DNA of 32,000 nt from Pseudomonas aeruginosa (GTDB lineage Bacteria; Pseudomonadota; Gammaproteobacteria; Pseudomonadales; Pseudomonadaceae): the NCBI RefSeq assembly GCF_001457615.1, contig NZ_LN831024.1:2190001-2222000 (forward strand). Reading direction: 5' to 3'. This document shows, piece after piece, positions 1 through 8,893 of this stretch. The notes beneath the pieces are model-generated. The model was not told where the DNA came from and ran no database searches. It worked only from the letters and a program-made list of their open reading frames with translations. The position numbers and the translations under genes were made by a program. How positions within the stretch are numbered: the stretch's first letter is position 1; the number at the start of each line of letters is the position of its first letter.

Positions 1-2
1 CG

Positions 3-422
3 GTGAAGATCGTCGAGGCGAGCCGGGGCGAGCTGCCGCTGCCGGTCTTGCTGGGACTCAACGCCGAGGCCGAGCTGCACATCGACGGCCGGCCGACCCA
101 CCACGACCACGAGGGCCACGAGGACCACGACCACGACGAGTTCGACTCCTTCCACGTCGATCTCCCCGAGGTGGAGGAAGCTGCGCTGCTCGAGGCCCTC
201 GGCGAGCTGGTGGAGCGTCACGACATACTTCGCATCAAGGGTTTCGCCGCCATTCCGGGCAAGCCCATGCGCCTGTTGGTACAGGGCGTCGGCAAGCGCT
301 TCGACAGGCATTTCGACCGCAAGTGGCTGGCCGACGAAGTCCGCAGCACCCGGCTGGTGGTGATCGGCCAGGAGCTGGACCAGGCCGCCATTGCCAACCA
401 GCTGCGCACAGCGCTTGCCTGA
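3..422 (+). CDS. cobW: CobW-family GTPase/metallochaperone, C-terminal part (5' end outside window)
   Basis: Open frame from window start; His/Asp-rich segment HHDHEGHEDHDHDEFDSFHV followed by a CobW C-terminal-like domain (VEEAALLEALGELVERHDILRIKGFAAIPGKPMRLLVQGVGKRF); directly upstream of cobN. Confidence 0.93.
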   Translation: MKIVEASRGELPLPVLLGLNAEAELHIDGRPTHHDHEGHEDHDHDEFDSFHVDLPEVEEAALLEALGELVERHDILRIKGFAAIPGKPMRLLVQGVGKRFDRHFDRKWLADEVRSTRLVVIGQELDQAAIANQLRTALA

Positions 423-497
423 TCCGTGATCCCCGGCCGGGGCCGGCGATGGCGATTCGCCGGCCCCAGCTTCTTGCGTCCTACCGGTAGAACGTCC

Positions 498-3400
498 ATG
501 CACCTGTTGCGCACCCAACCCGGCGGCTTCGTTCCCGACGACGGCATCGCCCACCTGGCCCAGACTCCCGCCGAGCTGGTGATCCTCTGCAGCGGCGATT
601 CGCACCTCGCATTGCTGGCCGAGGCCGCCCGTGCGCTGCCGGACGACTACCCGAGCCTGCGCCTGGCCAACCCCATGCAGTTGCAGAACCACGCCTCGGT
701 GGACCTCTACGTCGAGGAAGTGCTGCGGCACGCGCGGGTGATCCTGCTTTCGCTGCACGGCGGCATCGGCTACTGGCGCTACGGCGTGGAGCAACTGGTG
801 GCGCTGGCCGAGCGCGGCGCGCTGCTGATCCCGGTGCCCGGCGACGACCGCCCCGACCCGGAGCTGAGCGCCCTCGGCAACCTGCCGGCGGAGCAGGCCG
901 AGCGCTTCTGGCAATACTTGCGCCAGGGCGGCCTGGAGAACGCCGGGCAGTTCTACCGCTGCCTGGCCAGCCAGTGCCTCGGCCGCGACTACGCCTGGCG
1001 CGAACCGCAGGCGCTGCCGCGGGTGGCGCTGTTCCATCCACGGCATGCCGAGGCGACCCTGGAACACTGGCGTGCCGACTGGCAGGCCGGGCGTCCGGTG
1101 GTCGCGTTGCTGTTCTATCGCACCCACCTGCAGGCAGCCAACACCGCCTTCATCGCACGCTTCTGCGAACGCCTCGCGGCGCAGGGGCTCAACCCGTTGC
1201 CGATCGCGCTGGCCAGCCTCAAGGAAAGCGCCTGCCTGGCGCAGGTGGAAGACTGGCTGGAGCGCAGCGACGCCGCGCTGATCGTCAATACCACCGGTTT
1301 CGCCCAGTCCAATCCGGAGGCGCCCGAGTTGCGTCCGTTCCGTCGCGACGTGCCGGTATTGCAGGCGATCTGCTCGCTGGACAACCGCCCGCTCTGGCTG
1401 GACAACCCGCAAGGCCTGGGGCCGCGCGACCTGGCCATGCACGTGGCGCTGCCGGAGCTGGACGGGCGCATCGTCACCCGGCCGATCAGTTTCAAGGGCC
1501 TGGCCTGGCGCAGCGAACGCAGCGAGAGCGACGTGGTCTGCTATCTCGCCGACGACGAGCGCATGGATTTCGTCGCCGAACTGGCGCGGCGCTGGGCCGA
1601 GCTGGCGCGCAAGCCAAACGCGGAAAAACGGGTGGCGCTGGTGCTGGCCAACTACCCGACCCGCGATGGCCGGATCGGCAACGGCGTCGGCCTGGACACC
1701 CCGGCGGCGGCGCTGAACATCCTTCGTGCCCTGCGCCAGCAGGGCTATCCGGTCGACGGACTGCCCGCCAGCGGAACCGAGCTGATCCGCCAGTTGCTCG
1801 GCGGCGTCAGCAACGACCTGGAGCATCTCGACCTACGGCCCTGCGCCCAGAGCCTGGCGCTGGACGACTACCTGGCCTGCTTCGCACGCCTGCCGGAGCG
1901 CAATCGCCAGGCGGTGCTGGCGCGCTGGGGCGAGCCGCAACAGGACCCGATGTTCCGCGACGGACGAATGATGGTCGCCGGCCTGCGCTATGGCCTGACC
2001 TTCGTCGGCATCCAGCCGGCGCGCGGCTATCAGCTCGATCCGGCGGCGGTCTACCACGATCCCGACCTGGTGCCGCCGCACGGCTACCTGGCGTTCTACT
2101 TCTGGCTGCGCCACGCCTACCGCGCCGATGCCCTGCTGCACGTCGGCAAGCACGGTAACCTGGAATGGCTGCCGGGCAAGGGAGTCGGCCTGTCCGCCGA
2201 ATGCTGGCCGGACGCGTTGCTCGGTCCGCTGCCGAACATCTATCCGTTCATCGTCAACGATCCGGGGGAGGGCGCCCAGGCCAAGCGCCGCACCCAGGCG
2301 GTGATCATCGACCACCTGATGCCGCCGCTGACCCGCGCCGAGAGCTACGGCCCGCTGCGCGACCTGGAGCGCCTGGCCGACGAGTTCTACGATGCCTCGC
2401 TGCTCGACCCACGCCGCGCCGAACAGTTGCGCGGCGAGATTCTCGTCCTCCTGCGCGACAACCGTCTCGACCGCGAGATCGGCTTGCAGCTCAGCGACGA
2501 TCCGGACAGCTGGCTGCCGCAGCTGGACGCCTATCTCTGCGACCTGAAGGAGTCGCAGATCCGCGACGGCCTGCATGTGTTCGGCGAGTCGCCGAGCGGG
2601 CGATTGCGCCTGGATACCCTGCTGGCGCTGCTGCGGGTTCCGCGCGGCGATGGCAAGGGCGCCAACGCCGGGTTGCTGAAGAGCCTGGCGGACGACCTTG
2701 GCCTGGGCTTCGATCCGCTGGCCTGCGACATGGGCGAGGCCTGGCAGGGCGCGCGGCCGGCCTGCCTGGAAGAGCGGGGCGGGGAGCCCTGGCGTACTCT
2801 CGGGGATACCCGCGAACGCCTGGAATTGCTGGCGTTGCACTGGATAGAACGCTGCCTGGGCGGCGAATCGCCGCCTGCTGCCTGGCGTGCCAGCGGCGAG
2901 GTGTTGCGCGGCTTGTGCGAACAGGTGGCACCGACCCTGGACGCCTGTGGCGGGGCCGAGATCGACGGGCTGCTGGCAGCCCTCGAAGGGCGCTTCGTAC
3001 CGGCCGGTCCGAGCGGCGCGCCGAGTCGCGGGCGACTCGACGTGCTGCCCACCGGACGCAACTTCTTCTCGGTGGACGTGCGCAACCTGCCGACCCCGAC
3101 CGCCTGGCGCATCGGCTTCCAGTCGGCCAACCTGCTGCTCGAGCGTCACCTGCAGGAACATGGCGATCACCTGCGCCAGCTCGGTCTCTCGGTGTGGGGC
3201 ACGGCGACCATGCGCACCGGCGGCGACGACATCGCCCAGGCCCTGGCCCTGCTCGGCGTGCGACCGGTCTGGCAGGCCGGCAGCCAGCGCGTCGCCGATT
3301 TCGAGATCCTCCCGGTCTCCCTGCTGGACCGCCCGCGGGTCGACGTGACGCTGCGGGTCTCCGGGTTCTTCCGCGACGCCTTCGCCAACCTGATCCGCCT

Positions 3401-4244
3401 GTTCGATGCGGCGGTGCAGGCGGTCGCCGAGCTGGACGAGGCGGAGGAGCTGAACCCGCTGGCCGCTCGCGTACGCCTGGAGCGCCAGCGCCTCGAGGCG
3501 CAGGGCACGGCGCCGGCGGAGGCGCGCCGGCAGGCCGGCTGGCGGATCTTCGGCGCCAAGCCGGGTGCCTACGGCGCCGGCGTGCAGGGCGCAATCGAAG
3601 AGCGGCTGTGGGAGACCCGCGCCGACCTTGCCGAGGTCTACCTGAACTGGGGCGGCTACGCCTACGGTGCCGCCGACGACGGCACGCCGGCGCGGGAACG
3701 CTTCGCCCAGCGCCTGGAACGCCTGCAGGCGGTGCTGCACAACCAGGACAACCGCGAGCACGACCTGCTCGATTCCAACGACTACTACCAGTTCCAGGGC
3801 GGCATGCTGGCGGCGGTGGAAACCCTGCGCGGCGCGCCGGTGGCCAGTTACCACGGCGACCACAGCCAGCCGGACAACCCGCGCATCCGCACGCTCAAGG
3901 AAGAACTCAACCGGGTGGTGCGGGCGCGGGCGGTGAATCCGAAGTGGATCGCCGGGATGAAGCGCCACGGCTACAAGGGCGCCTTCGAACTGGCGGCGAC
4001 GGTGGACTACCTGTGCGCCTTCGATGCCACCAGCGAGCTGATCGACGACCACCAGTACGCGCTGCTGGCCGACGCCTACCTGCTCGACGCGGAGACCCGC
4101 GAGTTCGTCCGCCAGCACAATCCGCAAGCCTTGCGCGACATGGCCGAGCGCCTGGTGGAGGCGCAGCGGCGCGGGCTCTGGCAGGAGCCGGGGGCCTATC
4201 GCGAGGCCCTGGAGAACCTGCTGCTGGACGTCGAAGAGGAATAG
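498..4244 (+). CDS. cobN: Cobaltochelatase subunit CobN (1248 aa)
   Basis: Long ORF with CobN/BchH hallmarks (HVGKHGNLEWLPGKG, TGRNFFSVDVRNLPTPTAWRIG, NPKWIAGMKRHGYKGAFE). Start chosen at ATG 498 (MHLLRTQPGG) rather than the track start 426. Confidence 0.97.
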   Translation: MHLLRTQPGGFVPDDGIAHLAQTPAELVILCSGDSHLALLAEAARALPDDYPSLRLANPMQLQNHASVDLYVEEVLRHARVILLSLHGGIGYWRYGVEQLVALAERGALLIPVPGDDRPDPELSALGNLPAEQAERFWQYLRQGGLENAGQFYRCLASQCLGRDYAWREPQALPRVALFHPRHAEATLEHWRADWQAGRPVVALLFYRTHLQAANTAFIARFCERLAAQGLNPLPIALASLKESACLAQVEDWLERSDAALIVNTTGFAQSNPEAPELRPFRRDVPVLQAICSLDNRPLWLDNPQGLGPRDLAMHVALPELDGRIVTRPISFKGLAWRSERSESDVVCYLADDERMDFVAELARRWAELARKPNAEKRVALVLANYPTRDGRIGNGVGLDTPAAALNILRALRQQGYPVDGLPASGTELIRQLLGGVSNDLEHLDLRPCAQSLALDDYLACFARLPERNRQAVLARWGEPQQDPMFRDGRMMVAGLRYGLTFVGIQPARGYQLDPAAVYHDPDLVPPHGYLAFYFWLRHAYRADALLHVGKHGNLEWLPGKGVGLSAECWPDALLGPLPNIYPFIVNDPGEGAQAKRRTQAVIIDHLMPPLTRAESYGPLRDLERLADEFYDASLLDPRRAEQLRGEILVLLRDNRLDREIGLQLSDDPDSWLPQLDAYLCDLKESQIRDGLHVFGESPSGRLRLDTLLALLRVPRGDGKGANAGLLKSLADDLGLGFDPLACDMGEAWQGARPACLEERGGEPWRTLGDTRERLELLALHWIERCLGGESPPAAWRASGEVLRGLCEQVAPTLDACGGAEIDGLLAALEGRFVPAGPSGAPSRGRLDVLPTGRNFFSVDVRNLPTPTAWRIGFQSANLLLERHLQEHGDHLRQLGLSVWGTATMRTGGDDIAQALALLGVRPVWQAGSQRVADFEILPVSLLDRPRVDVTLRVSGFFRDAFANLIRLFDAAVQAVAELDEAEELNPLAARVRLERQRLEAQGTAPAEARRQAGWRIFGAKPGAYGAGVQGAIEERLWETRADLAEVYLNWGGYAYGAADDGTPARERFAQRLERLQAVLHNQDNREHDLLDSNDYYQFQGGMLAAVETLRGAPVASYHGDHSQPDNPRIRTLKEELNRVVRARAVNPKWIAGMKRHGYKGAFELAATVDYLCAFDATSELIDDHQYALLADAYLLDAETREFVRQHNPQALRDMAERLVEAQRRGLWQEPGAYREALENLLLDVEEE

Positions 4245-4272
4245 CGGAGCGGCATGGCCGCTCCCACCGCTT

Positions 4273-5367
4273 TCAGCGCCGCTCGGCGAGCCGCCGGGCG
4301 GCGTCGCGGAGAATCCGCTCGGTGCCTTCCCAGCCGAGGCAGCCGTCGGTGATCGAGACGCCGTAGCGCAGTTCGCCGCCAAGCGCCTGGCAACCGTCGA
4401 ACAGGTGGCTTTCCAGCATTACCCCGACCAGGTCGCTGGCGCCGGCCAGGCGCTGGTCCAGCACGCTGGCGAGGACGCCGGGCTGGTTCAGCGGGTTCTT
4501 GCCGCTGTTGGCGTGACTGCAATCGACCATCATCCGCGTGGCGATGCCCTGGCTTTCCAGGGCCTGGCGCACGGCCTGCACCTGCTCGGGGCCGTAGTTC
4601 GAACCGTGGCGGCCGCCGCGCAGCACCACATGGGTGTCCGGATTGCCGCGGGTCTCGATCAGCGCCGGGTGACCGTGCGGGTCGAGGCCGAAATGGCGGT
4701 GGCCGTGGGCCGCCGAACGGATCGCGTCGCAGGCGATGCCGACGCCGCCGTCGGTGCCGTTCTTGAAGCCCACCGGCAGGCCGAGGCCGCTGACCAGCTC
4801 GCGGTGGATCTGCGATTCGCTGGTGCGCGCGCCGATCGCCGCCCAGCTCAGCAGGTCGTCGAAGTAGCCGGCGGCCAGCGGTTGCAGGAGTTCGGTGGCC
4901 AGCGGCAGGCCGAGGCGCAGCATGTCCAGCATCAGTTGCCGGGACAGCGCCAGGCCGGCGGCCATGTCGTCGCTGCCATCCAGGTGCGGATCGTAGGCGA
5001 GGCCCTTCCAGCCCACCGTGGTGCGTGGCTTTTCCACGTAGGCGCGCATCACCAGGAACAACTGGCCGTCGAGTTCGTCGCTCAGCGCGGCGAGGCGTTC
5101 GGCGTATTCGAGGGCGGAGCGGGGATCGTGGATCGAACAGGGTCCGACTACCACCAGCAGGCGCGGGTCGTCGCCGTCGAGGATGGCGCGGATGGCGTCG
5201 CGGCTGGCGGCGACCTGGCTGGCCAGCTCCAGCGGCAACGGCTGGCGGGCCTTGAGTTCGAGCGGGCTGGGCAGGCGTTCCAGGGCGGTACGGGCAGTGG
5301 CGCTGGGCAGGGCGACGGCCTGGACGTTCGGCGAAAGGGTGGTCAGTGCGGATACGGATGAGTTCAT
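4273..5367 (-). CDS. 3-deoxy-7-phosphoheptulonate (DAHP) synthase, class I (AroF/G/H type)
   Basis: LLVVVGPCSIHDPRSALEYAERL, VMRAYVEKPRTTVGWKGLAYDPHLDGS, SHANSGKNP, VMLESHLFDG motifs; start MNSSVSAL at 5367. Confidence 0.95.
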   Translation of the reverse strand: MNSSVSALTTLSPNVQAVALPSATARTALERLPSPLELKARQPLPLELASQVAASRDAIRAILDGDDPRLLVVVGPCSIHDPRSALEYAERLAALSDELDGQLFLVMRAYVEKPRTTVGWKGLAYDPHLDGSDDMAAGLALSRQLMLDMLRLGLPLATELLQPLAAGYFDDLLSWAAIGARTSESQIHRELVSGLGLPVGFKNGTDGGVGIACDAIRSAAHGHRHFGLDPHGHPALIETRGNPDTHVVLRGGRHGSNYGPEQVQAVRQALESQGIATRMMVDCSHANSGKNPLNQPGVLASVLDQRLAGASDLVGVMLESHLFDGCQALGGELRYGVSITDGCLGWEGTERILRDAARRLAERR

Positions 5368-5414
5368 GGTCTGGCTTCCTGGGCTGGCGGCGGGCGTCCC
5401 GCGCGCGTCGTGCC

Positions 5415-5519
5415 CTATCGAGGTGTTCGGCAATGTCGTGGGTTGGCGAGCGGCTGGCGGCCGTCGCTAAATCGCCAGGTGTTGAGCGGGTAGCCAGTGC
5501 GGTAGCGGTATGCGGTCAT
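5415..5519 (-). CDS. Possible 34-aa mini-ORF between attenuator hairpin and DAHP synthase: MTAYRYRTGYPLNTWRFSDGRQPLANPRHCRTPR
   Basis: ATG (complement 5517-5519) to TAG (5415-5417); three Tyr, one Trp and one Phe in the first 17 codons; weak Shine-Dalgarno (aggac). Confidence 0.35.
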   Translation of the reverse strand: MTAYRYRTGYPLNTWRFSDGRQPLANPRHCRTPR

Positions 5520-5586
5520 GATCGATGTCCTGTGCGTTGGTCTGTGGTTGTGGCCTTGTGGGCCGGAAAAACGGGCCGGAAAAACA

Positions 5587-5618
5587 AAACCCCCGGTCGG
5601 GGAGCCGACCGGGGGTTT
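5587..5618 (-). terminator. Rho-independent terminator/attenuator hairpin in the DAHP synthase leader
   Basis: Perfect dyad CCCCCGGTCGG-(4 nt)-CCGACCGGGGG extended by AAA/TTT; on the minus strand followed by TTTTGTTTTT. Confidence 0.85.
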
Positions 5619-5665
5619 GCGTGTGCAGGGTAGGCGTCCCGTATACCGTGGGCGCCGTTGGGGTA

Positions 5666-5797
5666 TCAGGCGCCGGAGTGGCTAAACCAATACCCGAAGA
5701 AATACGCGGCACGGGGTGCCTGCGGCGCACGCGCGCGCAACGACAAGCCAGGGCGCGAGGCACTGGAATGCAGGTGCGGATGGCGGGTGTGCGGCAT
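5666..5797 (-). CDS. Putative aromatic-rich leader peptide (43 aa): [43 protein letters not shown]
   Basis: ATG with upstream GGGAG 6 nt away; codons TAT TTC TTC GGG TAT TGG TTT; TGA at 5668-5666; located immediately 5' of the hairpin at 5587-5618 and upstream of DAHP synthase. Confidence 0.7.
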   Translation of the reverse strand: MPHTRHPHLHSSASRPGLSLRARAPQAPRAAYFFGYWFSHSGA

Positions 5798-5937
5798 GGG
5801 TTTCTCCCGTGAACGAGTCCCGAGCTTACTGCAAGCGAGGCGGCCGGTTCAACGACTGTTTCACGGTTCGATACCGGCGCCGCCGGCCTGATAGACTTGG
5901 CGGTCCGTATTTCCGTCCGTCCGCCGCAGGAATCCCC

Positions 5938-6954
5938 ATGAGCGCTACCGTGCATTACCCCCTGTCCGCCGTGGTCGCCGCCGACGAACTGAAGCTGGCG
6001 CTGTGCCTGGCCGCGGTCGATCCGGCGATCGGCGGGGTACTGATCGAGGGGCCGCGCGGAATGGCCAAGTCGACCCTGGCGCGGGGCGTCGCCGAACTGC
6101 TGCCGGCGGGCGAGTTCGTTACCCTGCCGCTGGGCGCCAGCGAGGAGCGCATCGTCGGCAGCCTCGACCTGGACGCCGCCCTCGGCGAAGGTCGCGCGCG
6201 GTTTTCCCCGGGCGTGCTGGCCAAGGCCGACGGCGGCGTGCTCTACGTCGACGAAGTTAACCTGCTGCCGGACCACCTGGTGGATTTGTTGCTCGACGTC
6301 GCCGCCAGCGGCGTCAACCTGGTCGAGCGCGATGGCATTTCCCACCGGCATCCGGCGCGTTTCGTGCTGATCGGCACGATGAACCCGGAAGAGGGCGAAC
6401 TGCGCCCGCAACTGCTCGACCGTTTCGGCCTCAACGTGCGCCTCGATACCCAGCCGCCGCCGGCCGAGCGGGCAGAGATCATCCGTCGCCGGCTGGCCTT
6501 CGATGCCGACCCGCAGGCCTTCGTCGAACGCTGGGAAGGCCAGCAGGACACCCTGCGCCGCCGTTGCGCCGAGGCACGCCGGCAACTGGCGCGGATTCCC
6601 CTGGACGATGCGGCGCTGGACAGCATCGCCCGACGCTGCTTCGAGGCGGCTGTCGATGGCCTGCGCGCCGACCTGGTCTGGCTGCGCGCGGCGCGCGCCC
6701 ATGCAGCCTGGCGCGGCGGCGAGCGGATCGAGGCGGAGGACATCGATGCGGTGGAACATTTCGCCCTGCTGCATCGCCGTCGCCAGTCGAACCCGCCACC
6801 ATCGGCGGCCAATCCACCGCCACCGCCCGCGGCGGCCCCTGTCGCGCTCCCGGAGCGCACTGGCGACGGCGAAGGGCAGTGGGGCGAATTGCCGGCTCGG
6901 CCGGTGGCCATGGGGACCGCCCGCGAGCTGCCGCGCTGGCCAAAAAAGCCCTGA
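5938..6954 (+). CDS. AAA+ magnesium/cobalt chelatase ATPase subunit (ChlI/BchI-like)
   Basis: Walker A GPRGMAKS, Walker [38 protein letters not shown]; start MSATVHYPL at 5938. Confidence 0.93.
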   Translation: MSATVHYPLSAVVAADELKLALCLAAVDPAIGGVLIEGPRGMAKSTLARGVAELLPAGEFVTLPLGASEERIVGSLDLDAALGEGRARFSPGVLAKADGGVLYVDEVNLLPDHLVDLLLDVAASGVNLVERDGISHRHPARFVLIGTMNPEEGELRPQLLDRFGLNVRLDTQPPPAERAEIIRRRLAFDADPQAFVERWEGQQDTLRRRCAEARRQLARIPLDDAALDSIARRCFEAAVDGLRADLVWLRAARAHAAWRGGERIEAEDIDAVEHFALLHRRRQSNPPPSAANPPPPPAAAPVALPERTGDGEGQWGELPARPVAMGTARELPRWPKKP

Positions 6955-6974
6955 GCATCCGCCCGCGCTCGGTC

Positions 6975-7619
6975 ATGGGTGCGGATGCCAGGAGCAGACC
7001 CGGAGCCCTGCGCGGCGGACTTGGCGGCGCCCTGAGCCAGGGTGCGGAGGGCGCCATCCAATGGTTGCCGACCCTGCTGCGCGGACGTCCCCGACAGCGC
7101 CGTGACCTGCTTCGCCAGCCGCGCAGCCGGCGCCCGGGCGAACTCTGGCTGGTGATCGTCGATGCCTCCGCCAGCACCCGCCGGTACGGCGCCCTGGCCC
7201 AGGCCAAGGGAGTGTTGGCGACGCTGTTCGAGGAGGCTTATCGACAGCGCATCCGCCTGGCCGTGCTGCATGCCACCGGGCAGCAGGCGCAATGGCTCTG
7301 GCAGGGGCAGAAGGCCTCGCGGGAGTTGCAGGACTGGCTGCGCCAGCTGGGCGCCGGCGGCGGTACGCCGCTGCTCGACGCCCTGCACCAGGCCGCTGGC
7401 TGGCTGGCGCGCCGACAGCGGCAGAAACCCGCCGAGCATCAGCGTCTGCTGGTGCTTACCGACGGCCGTCTGCGCGACTGGCCGGCGCTGCCGGAGGCTG
7501 CCTGCCCGAGCCTGCTGGTCGACCTCGAAAGCGGCCCGTTGCGCCTGGGCAAGGCCGAGCGCCTGGCCCGGGAACTGGGGGCCGAGTATCGGCATATCAG
7601 CGAATTGAACGAAGTCTGA
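6975..7619 (+). CDS. Short VWA-domain chelatase subunit (ChlD/BchD-like); true start may be upstream, overlapping the ChlI stop
   Basis: MIDAS motif in ELWLVIVDASASTRRYGALAQAKG and VLTDGRLRDWPAL; tightly coupled to the ChlI-like gene; frame open upstream so start is uncertain. Confidence 0.85.
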   Translation: MGADARSRPGALRGGLGGALSQGAEGAIQWLPTLLRGRPRQRRDLLRQPRSRRPGELWLVIVDASASTRRYGALAQAKGVLATLFEEAYRQRIRLAVLHATGQQAQWLWQGQKASRELQDWLRQLGAGGGTPLLDALHQAAGWLARRQRQKPAEHQRLLVLTDGRLRDWPALPEAACPSLLVDLESGPLRLGKAERLARELGAEYRHISELNEV

Positions 7620-7681
7620 GGGCGTTTCGGCGAGTCCTGCGGCTTTTTCGGTCAAATTGTATTTCGACTGTAATTCAATAA

Positions 7682-7699
7682 ATATTATGCGCGTAATAT
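7682..7699. promoter_or_regulatory. Near-perfect inverted repeat upstream of the thiolase
   Basis: ATATTATGCGCGTAATAT, 42 bp before ATG 7741. Confidence 0.4.
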
Positions 7700-7740
7700 C
7701 TTCCTGCGATCCAGCCAATCCATCTCACGGAGATATCCTC

Positions 7741-8880
7741 ATGTCGCCGATTTCAGTCGTTATCGCCGGTTACGCCCGTTCGCCGTTCCACTTCGCCAGG
7801 AAAGGCGCGCTGGTCGATATCCGCCCGGATGACCTGGCCGCCGCGGTGCTCAAGGGGCTGGTGGAGAAACTCGATCTCGACCCTGCGCTGCTGGAGGACG
7901 TGGTCATGGGCTGCGCCTATCCGGAGGCGGAACAGGGCATGAACATCGCGCGCATCGCCAGTTTCCGTGCCGGCTTCCCGCAGAGCCTCGGCGGTGCGAC
8001 CCTCAACCGTTTCTGCGGTTCGTCCATGAGCGCCGTCCACTACGCCGCCGGGCAAGTCCTGCTGGGCGCCGGAGAAGCCTTCATCGCCGCCGGGGTAGAG
8101 TCGATGACGCGGGTGCCGATGGGCGGCTTCAACCTGTCGCCCAATCCCGCGTTGCTGCAGGACTATCCGGCGGTATACATGAGCATGGGGCAGACCGCCG
8201 AGAATGTCGCCGAGCGCTACGCCGTCAGCCGCGTCGAGCAGGAAGAGATGGCCGTACGCTCCCACGCCAAGGCAGTCGCCGCGCGCGAGGCCGGCTTGCT
8301 GCGCGAGGAGATCGTCGCCATCGACACCCCCGCCGGCCGGGTCGCCGAGGATGGCTGCATCCGCCCGGGTACCAACCTGGAGAGCCTGGCCCAGTTGAAG
8401 CCGGCGTTCGGCGGCAGCGTCACCGCCGCCACCTCGTCGCCGCTCACCGATGGCAGCGCCGCGCTGCTGGTCTGTAGCGAGGACTTCGCGCGCCGCCACG
8501 GGCTGGCGATCCTGGCGCGGATCAAGGCGGTGGCGGTGGCCGGTTGTGCGCCGGAGATCATGGGCATGGGGCCGGTGCAGGCGACGCGCAAGGTTCTGCA
8601 ACGGGCCGGGCTGGGCATCGCCGACATCGACCTGGTGGAGATCAACGAGGCCTTCGCCAGCCAATCCATCGCCTGCATCCGCGAACTGGGGCTGGACATG
8701 GACAGGATCAACCTGGATGGCGGCGCCCTGGCCATCGGTCATCCGCTGGGCGCCACCGGCGCGCGGATCACCGGCAAGGCCGCTGCGTTGCTGCGGCGCA
8801 CCGGCGGGCGCTATGCCATCGCCACCCAGTGCATCGCCGGCGGCCAGGGCGTGGCGACCCTGCTGGAAGCGGTGGAGTGA
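7741..8880 (+). CDS. Acetyl-CoA acyltransferase / thiolase
   Basis: LNRFCGSSMSAVHYAAGQV, EINEAFASQSIACIREL, NLDGGALAIGHPLGATGARITGK, CIAGGQGVATL thiolase signatures; RBS (cggag) before ATG 7741. Confidence 0.95.
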   Translation: MSPISVVIAGYARSPFHFARKGALVDIRPDDLAAAVLKGLVEKLDLDPALLEDVVMGCAYPEAEQGMNIARIASFRAGFPQSLGGATLNRFCGSSMSAVHYAAGQVLLGAGEAFIAAGVESMTRVPMGGFNLSPNPALLQDYPAVYMSMGQTAENVAERYAVSRVEQEEMAVRSHAKAVAAREAGLLREEIVAIDTPAGRVAEDGCIRPGTNLESLAQLKPAFGGSVTAATSSPLTDGSAALLVCSEDFARRHGLAILARIKAVAVAGCAPEIMGMGPVQATRKVLQRAGLGIADIDLVEINEAFASQSIACIRELGLDMDRINLDGGALAIGHPLGATGARITGKAAALLRRTGGRYAIATQCIAGGQGVATLLEAVE

Positions 8881-8893
8881 TCGCGCGCCGATG

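Noticed and set aside
426-497. Upstream start of the cobN ORF (MIPGRGRRWRF...)
   Set aside because: Extension is compositionally unlike CobN; ATG 498 begins the recognisable CobN N-terminus.
4249-4272. Short inverted repeat GGAGCGGCATGGCCGCTCC after cobN
   Set aside because: Small loop and no U-tract on either strand; not convincing as a terminator.
1833-4382. 849-aa minus-strand ORF antisense to cobN
   Set aside because: Overlaps the strongly supported cobN; Arg/Gly/Ala/Gln-rich translation with no domain signatures, typical of antisense frames in high-GC DNA.
5467-6774. 435-aa minus-strand ORF over the ChlI-like gene and leader region
   Set aside because: Artefactual open frame antisense to a conserved ATPase; low-complexity translation. 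It overlaps the real leader-peptide ORF, which is in another frame.
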